A DNA stretch of 64,000 nucleotides from Syntrophorhabdaceae bacterium (GCA_963665295.1 OY762209.1:1568001-1632000), one strand, 5' to 3'; counted from the stretch's first letter, positions 39,122-49,139 are shown. The notes: a model not told the origin generated them from the sequence alone. Numbers and translations are program-made.

Positions 39122-39301
39122 CTAGAGAAGCTCCCGGACGTCACTTATGTTCAGCTCCAGCATCTTCGTGCTTGAGAGGAGTCTTACCACATTCCTCTTC
39201 ACCGCTTCGATGCCCTCACCCAGTCGATCGATCTCCTCCGCGGTTGCGCGGAGCAGTTTTATCTTGTCATCCATGGCCTTAAGGTCGTATCCGGTACTCA
39301 T
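39122..39301 (-). CDS. Small 59-aa helical protein
   Basis: GGAGGAG RBS; MSTGYDLKAMDDKIKLLRATAEEIDRLGEGIEAVKRNVVRLLSSTKMLELNISDVRELL; similar to 36278-36430. Confidence 0.72.
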   Translation of the reverse strand: MSTGYDLKAMDDKIKLLRATAEEIDRLGEGIEAVKRNVVRLLSSTKMLELNISDVRELL

Positions 39302-39309
39302 GGCTCCTC

Positions 39310-40635
39310 CTAATGTTTTCTCAGGTCTTTGAATCTCTTCGCCTTCACCTCGTACCGGGGAAGGCTGCCGAAGGGGTGGACCTCCATCTTGTAGCCCAGG
39401 TTGGTCTTTACCCTGAGCTGGTCTTTGAGGCGAAGGAGGATGCCGTCCTTGTCCCCCTGACACTCCGGCTTGATCTCTATCTTGAGAAGGATGTCGTCGA
39501 TATCTCCCCTTTTGCTTACCACTACTTCGTACTCGTCGGAAAGCTCATTGAAGCTCCGTACCACCTCTTCTATGGCGGTAGGCGCGAGGAGCACACCCTT
39601 CACCTTGGTGATGTCGTCGGCCCTGCCCACGACGCCGCCGTCGATGATGCGGAAGGTCCTGCCGCAATCGCAGGAATAGTCTGCCCAGCGGATCACGTCC
39701 TTCGAGTCGAACCTGATGCACGGCTTCGCGATCCTGTCGAAGGCGGTGATGACCATCTTGCCGTTCCGGTTCGGCTCCTCGATGATCTCGCCCGTGTCCA
39801 CGTCCTCGATCTCCACGAGGAAGAAGCCCTCGTTCACATGAAGGCCCCTCTGGGCGGTGCAACTGTAGCTCCATGCGCCTATCTCCGTGGCGCCTATGTG
39901 GTCGTACACCTTTGCACCCCAGGCCTCTTCGATCCTCTGCTTCGTGGTGGGTATGCTCGCGCCCGGTTCTCCCGCACAGGTAATCCTCTTGATGCCGATG
40001 GACCTGGGGTCGATCCCGATCTTTCTCGCCGTGTCGGCCATGCCGAGGACGTAGGTGGGGGTCGCGCCGAAGGCGGTACACTTAAGCTCCTGCATCTTCA
40101 TGATCCGCGCCTCCGTATCGAGGACGCCTCCCGGCACCACCTCGCAGCCCAGTTTCTCCGCCGCATAGTGGGCGGCCCAGAAGGCCACGAATATATTGTA
40201 CCCGAAGGGGATGAACATCCTGTCCGTATCCCGGTAGCCCTGGGCGTAGAGAATATATGCCCAGCTCTCCGCCCACCAGTCCCAGTCCTGCCATGTATCG
40301 GCCTGGTAGACAGGGGTGCCTGTGGTACCGCTGGTCTGGCGGAATTCGGTTACATCCTTGAGGGGTACGGCGAGGATGTCGCCATAGGGGAAGGGCTCCC
40401 TCGTCTGCACGTCCCGGAGCATGCCCTTATCCGTCTTCGGGACCTTCCTGATGTCCTCATAGGTCCTGATGTCTCCCGGTTCAATACCTGCGTCCTTGTA
40501 GAGCTTCCGGTAGAAGGGTGAATTGGTGTAGGCCCACTCCATTATCCTCCTGAACTTCTTCACCTGAAGCTCGCGGAGCTTTTCCCGGGGCAGTGTTTCA
40601 AGCAGCGGATTCCAATAGATACTGTTGTCTGGCAT
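39310..40635 (-). CDS. Phenylacetate-CoA ligase (PaaK) family protein, paralog
   Basis: TSGTTGTP, CAGEPG, DHIGATE, GRADD..KVKGV, KAKR; ATG 40635 with GGAGG. Confidence 0.88.
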   Translation of the reverse strand: MPDNSIYWNPLLETLPREKLRELQVKKFRRIMEWAYTNSPFYRKLYKDAGIEPGDIRTYEDIRKVPKTDKGMLRDVQTREPFPYGDILAVPLKDVTEFRQTSGTTGTPVYQADTWQDWDWWAESWAYILYAQGYRDTDRMFIPFGYNIFVAFWAAHYAAEKLGCEVVPGGVLDTEARIMKMQELKCTAFGATPTYVLGMADTARKIGIDPRSIGIKRITCAGEPGASIPTTKQRIEEAWGAKVYDHIGATEIGAWSYSCTAQRGLHVNEGFFLVEIEDVDTGEIIEEPNRNGKMVITAFDRIAKPCIRFDSKDVIRWADYSCDCGRTFRIIDGGVVGRADDITKVKGVLLAPTAIEEVVRSFNELSDEYEVVVSKRGDIDDILLKIEIKPECQGDKDGILLRLKDQLRVKTNLGYKMEVHPFGSLPRYEVKAKRFKDLRKH

Positions 40636-40783
40636 GACCTTGCCTCCTCTAATATTAGATACCGACAAATCTTACCGGCATAGCGCCCGTGCCGGGAATG
40701 TCCATCATCGCTCTCGTGCTGCCCCGCTCCTCCGGGTATGACCCGGCGGACGCGTCGGTACTGCCGGGGAAGAGACGATCCCT

Positions 40784-40843
40784 GTTCGTCTAATGAAATG
40801 ACTGTTCGTCTAATGATGTTAACACGTATACAGTTTTTGTCAA
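40784..40843 (-). promoter_or_regulatory. Sigma70 promoter with tandem putative IclR operators
   Basis: TTGACA-N16-TAACAT (40816-40843, minus); GTTCGTCTAATGA repeated at 40784 and 40804. Confidence 0.65.
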
Positions 40844-40980
40844 GGAAAAAAACGCGAGGCTGCGGCGTTATTTTGTTATGGCAACGTAAGAGAACGGTTT
40901 AAAAGGGTTTGTCCGGTTGACCTTTGTGGCGGACGACCGGACAAACGTATAATCGGAAACGATGAAACGTGGGGCTGTTC

Positions 40981-43029
40981 TCAGGCCCTTCTCACCGAAC
41001 AGAGCAAAGATTTTATCTCGGGGTAACCCATTATGGGCTCCCGGCACTCCGTATCCGTGAGGAGGTTGGCGTTGGCCTTGCCCGGCCACCCGTGGGGGAC
41101 GATCACCACTCCCTCCGCGACGCGCTCATCGACGAGGGCCTTCATCCGGACCTCACCTTTGTTGGTTGCGACGACGATGTCGAGGGAATCCTCTATCCCG
41201 TACTTCAGGGCCGTGGCAGGGCCCATCTCCGCCCTCGGTTCGGGGTTCCTGTCCTTCAGAGACTTCACGTTCCTGAACTGCCCGTGAGTATAGTAGAGGC
41301 TCCGGTTGCCCGTGGAGAGGATCAGGGGGTATTCCTCGAGCAACTCCGGAGAGTTGAGAGGGCTCCTCCGGGGTTCGAGATAAGTGGGGAGGGGGTCGAA
41401 GCCTATGTCGGCCAGGGCCTTGCTGTAGATCTCGATCTTCCTGGTGGGGGTGGAAAAGCGCACGTCACGGAGGCCGTATTGTTTTTCCTGGTAGAAGGCG
41501 CCCTCCGGTTTCTCGTGAAGGAGTTCATCGAAGGTAAGCCCCGTCGGTTCGAGCTCGAAGGCGACAAGCTCTTCCTCCGATTTCCACGGGAATTTGTCCC
41601 CTATGCCCAGCTTTTTCGCGAGGTCAGTGAAGAACTTCCATTCGGACCGGCTTTCACAATAGGGTTCCACGGCCCTTTTCCTGAGCATGAGATAAGGCAT
41701 GCAGTGACAGACGTTGTAGGTGTAAGCCACTCCCCACTTTTCGAGATGGGAGCACGCGGGAAGCACGTAATGGGCGTGTTCCGCCGTTTCCGTCATGAAG
41801 AGGTCATGGACCACGAGGAGTTCGAGCCTGTCGAAGGCCGCCCTGAAGGCATTCGAGTCCGCCATGGAAAGAAGGGGGTTACCGCCGACCACGAGGAAGG
41901 CCTTGATCTTTTCCGGCACGCTCTCCGGCACACACGTGACCACGCCGTAGGGGCTCTTTCTCCCCCATACCTCGTAGAACAAGGGGTAACGGTCCGCGCC
42001 CAGGGGCTCTCCTTCCACTCCCATGGCCACATTGCCCAGGGGAAGCCTCGGGCTTATGACCCATCCTCCAGAATTGTTTATGTTTCCCGTGATGATCTGG
42101 AGGACCGAAAAGGCCCGGCTGTTCTGGGTACCGTTCGCGGTCTGGTCCTGGGTGCAGGTCCCCTGGTAGATGGCCGCGCCTTCCGTTGTCGCAAAGAGCC
42201 TGGCCAGCTTCCGGATGTCGTCGGCCGCCACCCAGGTGATCCTTTCCGCCCATTCAGGGGTATATTTCTGCACATGGGGGATAAGCTCATCGAACCCCGT
42301 GGTAAAGCGCTCGATGAAGTCCCTGTCGTAAAGGTTTTCGTTTATGATCACGTGCATCATGGCAAGGGCCATTGCTCCGTCCGTGCCCGGCCTTATGCGG
42401 AGGTACATCTCCGCCTTGTCGGCGAGGGGGATGCGCTTGGGGTCGACCACCACGAGCCGCGCCCCCTTCTTCATGTTTTCTTCGATGGAAAGCTTCAGGG
42501 GGAAATCGGATTGCTCCGGGTTGTGGCCCCAGAGGACGTAAAGGTTGGAGTCGAGTTCCTCTGTGGGATACTTGCCGAAAGTGATCTGCCGCGTGCGGAT
42601 GCGCATCCTGTAGCAGACACTTTCCACTGAAAAGAAGTTGGGAGAGCCAAAGGCGGCCTTGATCCTCTGGGTGAGACCGGCCATCTCGAGGTTTTCGACG
42701 CCTATGGACCCGCTGAAGACCCCGAGGGCGCCCGGGCCGAATTCCGCTTTCAGGGTCAAAAGCTTATCCGCGATTTCGGTGAGAGCCGTCTCCCATGAGA
42801 TCTGCTTCCAGCCGCCCTTCGTCCGCTTGAGGGGATATTTGAGTCTCGTGGGGTCGTAAATGTTTTCCAGCATGGCTTCCCCTTTTTCGCAAAGCCTGCC
42901 TCTGTTAAGGGGGTGGGAGGGCAAACCCTCGACTTTGACCGCCCGGCCGTCTTCAACCGTCACTATGGTCCCGCAACTGTGGTAGCAAAGGGTACAATCG
43001 GTGAGTATTTTTTCGACTTGTTTCGGCAT
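40981..43029 (-). CDS. Mo/W-bis-PGD oxidoreductase (DMSO reductase family), cytoplasmic
   Basis: CTLCYHSC...LCEKG [4Fe-4S] motif, WGHNP, RPGTDGA, ETA..A.YVLP, HGW; no Tat signal. Confidence 0.85.
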   Translation of the reverse strand: MPKQVEKILTDCTLCYHSCGTIVTVEDGRAVKVEGLPSHPLNRGRLCEKGEAMLENIYDPTRLKYPLKRTKGGWKQISWETALTEIADKLLTLKAEFGPGALGVFSGSIGVENLEMAGLTQRIKAAFGSPNFFSVESVCYRMRIRTRQITFGKYPTEELDSNLYVLWGHNPEQSDFPLKLSIEENMKKGARLVVVDPKRIPLADKAEMYLRIRPGTDGAMALAMMHVIINENLYDRDFIERFTTGFDELIPHVQKYTPEWAERITWVAADDIRKLARLFATTEGAAIYQGTCTQDQTANGTQNSRAFSVLQIITGNINNSGGWVISPRLPLGNVAMGVEGEPLGADRYPLFYEVWGRKSPYGVVTCVPESVPEKIKAFLVVGGNPLLSMADSNAFRAAFDRLELLVVHDLFMTETAEHAHYVLPACSHLEKWGVAYTYNVCHCMPYLMLRKRAVEPYCESRSEWKFFTDLAKKLGIGDKFPWKSEEELVAFELEPTGLTFDELLHEKPEGAFYQEKQYGLRDVRFSTPTRKIEIYSKALADIGFDPLPTYLEPRRSPLNSPELLEEYPLILSTGNRSLYYTHGQFRNVKSLKDRNPEPRAEMGPATALKYGIEDSLDIVVATNKGEVRMKALVDERVAEGVVIVPHGWPGKANANLLTDTECREPIMGYPEIKSLLCSVRRA

Positions 43030-43128
43030 CGGACGCTCTCCTTATCTTTGTCGCGAACCACCGCCCCCGTTCGCCTCCGGGCGCAAAGCAAATCGACGGA
43101 CCCTCTTCAGGGCGCTCTGCACGGTCAA

Positions 43129-43157
43129 ATTATATCATGCGAAAAGCGCCGTGTGAA
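43129..43157 (-). promoter_or_regulatory. Putative sigma70 promoter
   Basis: Minus strand TTCACA-N17-TATAAT with TGn extension. Confidence 0.55.
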
Positions 43158-43211
43158 GACCATGCCGAAAGGGACCGGCATGGTCCGGGATCAGGGGCCA
43201 ACCCGGTATAA

Positions 43212-44021
43212 TCACCACGTGTAGGTAGCGGGATCGATGTTCCCCTTCTTCATCAGCGCGAGGGTGGGTTCCAGGAGAGCCGGATCGAATTCCCGGAAGG
43301 TCTTTACCTGGAAGGCCTTGGCGTTCTTCATAGCGGCGGCCTTTATCTTCGCGAGGTCCTGGGGGGATACCGACCTGTTTGCGCTGAGCACGTTGTCGGG
43401 GTTCTTCTTGTCGGACACGCCGGGATACTCGTACATGGCTACCCCTTTGAAGGTTCCCTGGTTGGCCTTCCACCACCAATCCTTGACAAAAGCACACTTT
43501 GCGTTTCCCGCGGTGACGGCAAACACCGCCGTATAGTGGTTACTCGCAGGCATTGCCGCCTGACCGCCCGAGGCCGCCTTTGCCCCCGATTCACCGCTGC
43601 TCGTTCCTTTCGCGTAGGCAATTGCGGGGCCCGCCGCCTTCACGATGGCGACCGGGTCCGTGCCTGCCGTGGACGGGGCGATCAGCACGCTCGCATAAAG
43701 CTCCTTGCCGTCTATGGCCTGGATGATGGGGACCGAAAGGCGTCGCGCATGGAGGATGGCCTGAAGGAAACTTCCCACGTAAACAAGGGTGGGCTGATTC
43801 CTGGAAAAGGCTGTTATGATCTCAGGATAGGACCGGGCGACAACGGGTTTGATGGTTAACCCGCTCGACTCCGAGATGGCTTCGGCGATAGCCTTTACCT
43901 GGGGACCCTTGGTAGCCCACTCAGGGGGATAGTAAAGGGCGATATCGGCTGCCGCGGCCACGAGGGGGACCAGAAAGAATAGGGCGGCGACTGCCATACA
44001 AATAAACCGTGTCTGTTTCAT
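43212..44021 (-). CDS. PhnD/SsuA-like periplasmic substrate-binding protein
   Basis: Signal peptide; A.SY.E, Y.SVLI, TSSG motifs typical of phosphonate-binding-like SBPs. Confidence 0.6.
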   Translation of the reverse strand: MKQTRFICMAVAALFFLVPLVAAAADIALYYPPEWATKGPQVKAIAEAISESSGLTIKPVVARSYPEIITAFSRNQPTLVYVGSFLQAILHARRLSVPIIQAIDGKELYASVLIAPSTAGTDPVAIVKAAGPAIAYAKGTSSGESGAKAASGGQAAMPASNHYTAVFAVTAGNAKCAFVKDWWWKANQGTFKGVAMYEYPGVSDKKNPDNVLSANRSVSPQDLAKIKAAAMKNAKAFQVKTFREFDPALLEPTLALMKKGNIDPATYTW

Positions 44022-44311
44022 CTTCATCTCCTTGTCGTCGTGGTGTGGTGACGGTTTCCGGCGTGAAAGGTTATCGGCGGTTCCCGGCGCCACTTTAGAG
44101 AAAGGCGGCGTGAGCGGCTTCCCCGTGCCTGATTCCATGGTGCCCGATGGCGCGTCCGGACCCTTGTGCCTGGTATGCTATCGGGATGCGCCACCCATGG
44201 CGTGCATGCCGGTGCCCCCTTCCCCGGACCCGGGCCTTCCCGGCCTGTCTCCGTTCCGATATATGGGGGAAGGCATTTCACGGGTATTTTCACGAAACCT
44301 CACGGGTCCTC

Positions 44312-46834
44312 TCATAACCTCGCGTTCCTGTAAAAAACTTTTTTCGCGGCCTCCGCCGAAAGGATATAGAGGGCAACGATACCGAACAACGCCATGAGAT
44401 AGGCCGCCGGTATGGGTGCGAACCCGAATAGCGGCCCAAGAGGGGTATAGGGGAACACGAGGGTAACCCCGACAACGGCCAGGGTAGCGGTCAGCAGGGC
44501 TCTGCCGGGTCTGCTTTGAAAGAAAGGCCGCCTGGTTCGGACGACGAGGACGATCAATGACGCGGAGATGATGGACTCCACGAACCATCCTGCCCTGAAT
44601 TGCTCCGGTGACCCATGGAGGATGAGCATAAGGACCCCGAAGGTCAAGTAGTCAAAGACAGAACTCAACAGGCCGAAGACAAGCATGAAGCTGCGGATGA
44701 ACCTTATATTCCATCTTCGGGGCCGGCTGAGCATCTCCTCATCAACGCTGTCGGTGGCGATGGTCATCTCCGGAAAGTCGGTCAACAGGTTCGTGAGGAG
44801 GATCTGTTTCGGAAGCAGGGGGAGGAAGGAGAGAAAGAGCGACGCCCCGGCCATGCTGAACATGTTGCCGAAATTGGCGCTCGTAGCCATGAAAACATAC
44901 TTGAGGGTGTTGGCGAAGGTCATCCTCCCTTCGCGCACGCCTTCCACCAGCACGGCCAGGTCCTTTTCGAGGAGGACGATATCAGCCGCATCTTTGGCGA
45001 CATCCGCGGCGCTGTCAACGGAAATGCCCACATCCGCAGTATGGAGCGCCGAGGCGTCGTTGATGCCGTCGCCCATGTAGCCCACGACATTCCCCGCTTT
45101 CCGGAACGCGAGGGCGATGCGCTCTTTTTGATTGGGTTCGATTTCGGCGAATATATCCACGTCCGCTACCCGCGCGAGCAGGGCGGCATCGCTCAATCGG
45201 CCGAGATCCGAACCGGTGAGGATCTTTGTATCCGACAACCCTATCTGCCGACCGACATTGACGGCGACAAGACGGTTGTCGCCCGTGATGACCTTCAGCG
45301 CGACGCCGAGTTTCTTGAGACCGGTTATGGTTTCAAGGATATTTGCCTTGGGAGGATCAAAAAGAACAAGGAAACCGGAAAAGGTCATACCCGCTTCGCT
45401 CTCCTTGCTGATATGCGACTCCGTTCCCAGGGTCTTGTACGCAACCCCCAGCGTTCTAAAGCCCTTGTCGCTGAATTCCTCGAAACGGCGCTGGATTTGC
45501 TCCCGCACCGTGGCGATATCCACGACGACCCCGCCTTCGGTTTCCGCCGATGCACAGACAGCGAGCACATTGAGCAGGGCGCCCTTGGTGACCATCAGGC
45601 GCACATCACCATGGGAAACGAGAATGCTCAATCGTTTACGAAGAAAATCATAAGGGATTTCATCCTCCTTCCGATAGTCCGTGAGGTCGAAGGGGCGGTG
45701 GATGCGGATCGCTTCATCGATGGGGTTCGTAAAGCCTGTTTCGTAGGAAGCATTGAGATAAGCATGGAAAAGGACTCTCTCGCTCGAAGCGCCTTCCACG
45801 TCAAGGGCGGATTGGACGTGGACCGTTCCCTCGGTGAGGGTTCCGGTCTTGTCGGAACAGATCACGTTCATGGTGCCGAAGTTTTCGATTGAAGCGAGTC
45901 GCTTGACAATGACCTTCTTCCGGGCCATTCGCTTGGCCCCGTGGGAAAGGTTGATGCTGATAATGGCGGGAAGCAATTGCGGGGTCAGTCCTACGGCGAG
46001 GGCCAGTGAAAAGAGGAATGAGTCCAAAACAGGCCGCGCCAGGTAGACGTTGATGGCAAAGATGGCGATCACAAGAACCAGGGTGACTTCCATGAGGAGA
46101 TAACCGAAGCGCCGGACGCCATGTTCGAACTCTGTTTCCTGGGGCGTTAGTTTCAGCCGCTCCGACACCTTACCGAACTCCGTTTCCTTGCCCGTGCGCA
46201 CCACCACTACCGTTGCGCTGCCGCTCACCACATGGGTCCCCATCCAAACCGCGTTCGTCCGCTGGGCCGGAAGAGTGTCCGCGGGGAGGACGGCCGCCGC
46301 CTTTTCCGCAGGGAAAGTCTCACCCGTCAGCATGGCTTCATCGACGAAGAGGTCTTTGGATTCCAGAATAAGCCCGTCACCGGGGACGATATCACCGGCG
46401 TTCAGAATGACCAGGTCCCCCGGCACAACCTGTTCGACGGAAATTTCTTTGGAGAGGCCGTCACGGAGTACCGCTACCTTGATTTGCACAATGGAAAGGA
46501 GCCTTTCCACGGCCTTCGACGCGCCCCGTTCCTGCCAGAACCCGAGCAGGCCGCTCACAAGTACGATTGAAAGGATGATGGAGGCATCCACCGGATCACG
46601 GAGAAAGAAGGACAACCCCGTGGCGAAGAAGAGGATGAGGATAATGGGACTCTTGAATTGGGAAAGGAGCAGGGTCAGCGAGTCCGACCGTTTTCGGGGC
46701 CGGAGAAGGTTGGCGCCGTATTGCGCGAGCCTTCGCCCGGCTTCGGCATCGGTCAATCCTTCCTTTGCGCTTTCGAGTTGCCGGAGCATCCCGGCCGTTG
46801 ATATGCTCCAAAAAGCCGGAGGAATCTGGTTCAT
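44312..46834 (-). CDS. mgtA: Mg2+-translocating P-type ATPase
   Basis: LTGE, AVGLTP.LLP, DKTGTLT, N.ID.AI, GDGIND, SANFGNMFS (MgtA-type). Confidence 0.88.
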   Translation of the reverse strand: MNQIPPAFWSISTAGMLRQLESAKEGLTDAEAGRRLAQYGANLLRPRKRSDSLTLLLSQFKSPIILILFFATGLSFFLRDPVDASIILSIVLVSGLLGFWQERGASKAVERLLSIVQIKVAVLRDGLSKEISVEQVVPGDLVILNAGDIVPGDGLILESKDLFVDEAMLTGETFPAEKAAAVLPADTLPAQRTNAVWMGTHVVSGSATVVVVRTGKETEFGKVSERLKLTPQETEFEHGVRRFGYLLMEVTLVLVIAIFAINVYLARPVLDSFLFSLALAVGLTPQLLPAIISINLSHGAKRMARKKVIVKRLASIENFGTMNVICSDKTGTLTEGTVHVQSALDVEGASSERVLFHAYLNASYETGFTNPIDEAIRIHRPFDLTDYRKEDEIPYDFLRKRLSILVSHGDVRLMVTKGALLNVLAVCASAETEGGVVVDIATVREQIQRRFEEFSDKGFRTLGVAYKTLGTESHISKESEAGMTFSGFLVLFDPPKANILETITGLKKLGVALKVITGDNRLVAVNVGRQIGLSDTKILTGSDLGRLSDAALLARVADVDIFAEIEPNQKERIALAFRKAGNVVGYMGDGINDASALHTADVGISVDSAADVAKDAADIVLLEKDLAVLVEGVREGRMTFANTLKYVFMATSANFGNMFSMAGASLFLSFLPLLPKQILLTNLLTDFPEMTIATDSVDEEMLSRPRRWNIRFIRSFMLVFGLLSSVFDYLTFGVLMLILHGSPEQFRAGWFVESIISASLIVLVVRTRRPFFQSRPGRALLTATLAVVGVTLVFPYTPLGPLFGFAPIPAAYLMALFGIVALYILSAEAAKKVFYRNARL

Positions 46835-47192
46835 TCTCTATCCCTTTCCTGAAAACGCCGACAGGCAGCCAGCATCAGCAAACACTTCCCGGTGCAGCCC
46901 TTTTGTCTAAGTGTGTTGTCGGAGGGATGGAATGTCAACGAGTTGGAAGGGAACGCTTATGGTCAAAGGGAAACCCCTTCACCTTTTGTGCTTGACAGAT
47001 GTGTATGTTTGCACGAGAATTGAGAGTGCAGTCCGGAGACATCGAGTCGTGACGCACGGGGTGGGGTAGAGACGACTTTTCCTGAACATTTTCCTCCTGC
47101 GGGAATGGATATTCGACGAATGACCGCTATGAATGCCTTTTCCGCCTCCATCGCTGTCTCCAGCGGAAGAGGCCCCCGGCCAAGGAGGAAAT

Positions 47193-49139
47193 ATGGAAAA
47201 GTGGGTAAGCGGACTCATAGGCGCACTGGCGTGTTGTTGTCTGATCCTGCCCTTGCAGGCTGAAGCCGGGTCGGGTGAGGCCTATCAGTATCTCAACAAG
47301 ACGATGGATCAATACCATAAGACTCTTGATGTATTTACGGACCTCGCGGCCGGGGGAAACCACTTTGCCGCCCGGTGCGAAACGGTCAGACGTGCGGCTG
47401 ACCCCATCGATCTGGCGGGAGTCAGCGTTGACGACGGTTGGACCCTGAACTGCCGATCGGGATCTACGTGCGTCAAGAATACGTTCAGCGCGGTGGACCC
47501 CGCTTATTGGGGGGGCTGGTATTTTCAAAACGGCATCCTTTCCGGGTGCGACGCCGCACCGGCCTGCAACTGGGGTGAATATCCGGACGCGGGTTTGAAC
47601 CTCACGGGAGCGAAAAAACTCACGTTTTGGGCCAGGGGGGATAAAGGGGGCGAAAAGATAGAATTCTTTATGGGCGGCATAGGGTGGGATGTGGAGAAAA
47701 AGAAACCTATTCCCGGAGCATATCACGACTCGACCGCACGAATACCCACAAGCGGACACGTGACAACCCTCTCCAAAAACTGGAAGCAATATACCATTTC
47801 CCTCGGGCGCAATGACCTCAGCTATATTGCGGGGGGCTTCGGCTGGGTTGCCAATGCGGCCAAAAATCCCAAGGGCGCCGTCTTTTACCTTGATGATATC
47901 CAGTATGTTATGGACCGTACCGCTAGCCCCAGGCTGTCGGCAAGCTACACGACCCTTCCGGTGGCTCCCGGGGACAACTTTGACACGATCCTGAAGAACA
48001 CGGCTTATGTCTATGATAATGCGATCACCCTTATTGCCTATCTCGCCAGGGGCGCCAAGGACGACCGGAAAAGGGCGAAGCTCCTTGCCGATGCCTACGT
48101 GTATGCGCAGAAGAACGACCGGTTTTACAAGGATGGGCGGCTCAGGAACGCGTATCAGGCGGGCGATTTGCCCTTACCACCCGGCTGGACGCCGAACGGT
48201 CGAAAAGACGCTGCCCGTCTTCCCGGATGGTGGGATGTGACAGGAAAGAAGTGGATCGAGGACTCGGGCCACGTGGGGACTGATACGGGAAACATGTCGT
48301 GGGTGATGATCGCCCTTCTAAGGGCTTATAAGGTTTTTGGCGAAGAAAAGTACCTCACTGCAGCGAAGACGCTGGGAGAGTGGATCGAGACGAACACAAA
48401 GGATACGAGGGGCAACGGAGGCTACACGGGCGGTGTGAAAGGGTGGGAGCCCGCGTGCGGAGGGAGCGACCCCTTGTCCGTCACCTGGAAATCGACGGAA
48501 CACAATATCGATGCCTATGTCGCGTTTATGACGCTTTACGACCTCACCAAGGGCGACGAAGCGGCGATGTGGAGGGCGAGGGCGTTGCATGCGAAACAAT
48601 TCGTGCGGTCCATGTGGGGGGCGTGCGGACCGACACACTTTGCGACGGGCACAGGCGACGACGGGATAACTCCCAACTGCCTTTTCTACCCGGAAGACGC
48701 CAACACGTGGGGGCTCATGGCACTGGGAGAGGTTGCGGACTATGGGCCGGGAATCGACTGGGTAAGCACGGAATGCGGTGTCTCGGAGTCCTGCTTTCCG
48801 AATAAGACTGCCGTGGGCATCGATTTTGACGCCGACGGAGACGGGATCTGGTGGGAAGGAACCGCCCACACGGTCATTGCAAAGAGGATCAAGAAGGATA
48901 ACGAGGGTGCAGACCTTTTGTTGAACAACCTGCGCAACGCGCAGCGGCTGGCTCCCAACGCGGACAAGAAGGGCATTGTGGCTGTCTGCCATGACGGCGT
49001 CAGTACAGGCATGGCGGAGTTTCTTCTGTACAACCGGCTCCACATAGCCGCCACTTCGTGGTACGCGTTGTCTGAACTCAGGCACAACCCCTATTGGGGC
49101 ATACACACTACTATCGCAATACCGCACCAGGAAGAGTGA
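47193..49139 (+). CDS. Secreted protein: carbohydrate-binding-like N-domain plus (alpha/alpha)-barrel glycoside-hydrolase-like C-domain
   Basis: Signal peptide after AGGAGG; LTFWARG.KGGEKIEF; AYVYDNA, GNMSW, WKSTEHN.D, WWEGT. Confidence 0.55.
   Translation: MEKWVSGLIGALACCCLILPLQAEAGSGEAYQYLNKTMDQYHKTLDVFTDLAAGGNHFAARCETVRRAADPIDLAGVSVDDGWTLNCRSGSTCVKNTFSAVDPAYWGGWYFQNGILSGCDAAPACNWGEYPDAGLNLTGAKKLTFWARGDKGGEKIEFFMGGIGWDVEKKKPIPGAYHDSTARIPTSGHVTTLSKNWKQYTISLGRNDLSYIAGGFGWVANAAKNPKGAVFYLDDIQYVMDRTASPRLSASYTTLPVAPGDNFDTILKNTAYVYDNAITLIAYLARGAKDDRKRAKLLADAYVYAQKNDRFYKDGRLRNAYQAGDLPLPPGWTPNGRKDAARLPGWWDVTGKKWIEDSGHVGTDTGNMSWVMIALLRAYKVFGEEKYLTAAKTLGEWIETNTKDTRGNGGYTGGVKGWEPACGGSDPLSVTWKSTEHNIDAYVAFMTLYDLTKGDEAAMWRARALHAKQFVRSMWGACGPTHFATGTGDDGITPNCLFYPEDANTWGLMALGEVADYGPGIDWVSTECGVSESCFPNKTAVGIDFDADGDGIWWEGTAHTVIAKRIKKDNEGADLLLNNLRNAQRLAPNADKKGIVAVCHDGVSTGMAEFLLYNRLHIAATSWYALSELRHNPYWGIHTTIAIPHQEE

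Noticed and set aside
40981..43029. Acetylene hydratase assignment for either Mo/W enzyme
   Set aside because: The catalytic Asp next to the second cluster Cys (CxxCD) is absent (CTLCY, CGICS)
46835..46940. M-box riboswitch or MgtL-type leader upstream of mgtA
   Set aside because: The leader is short, with no recognisable M-box core or Pro-rich leader ORF
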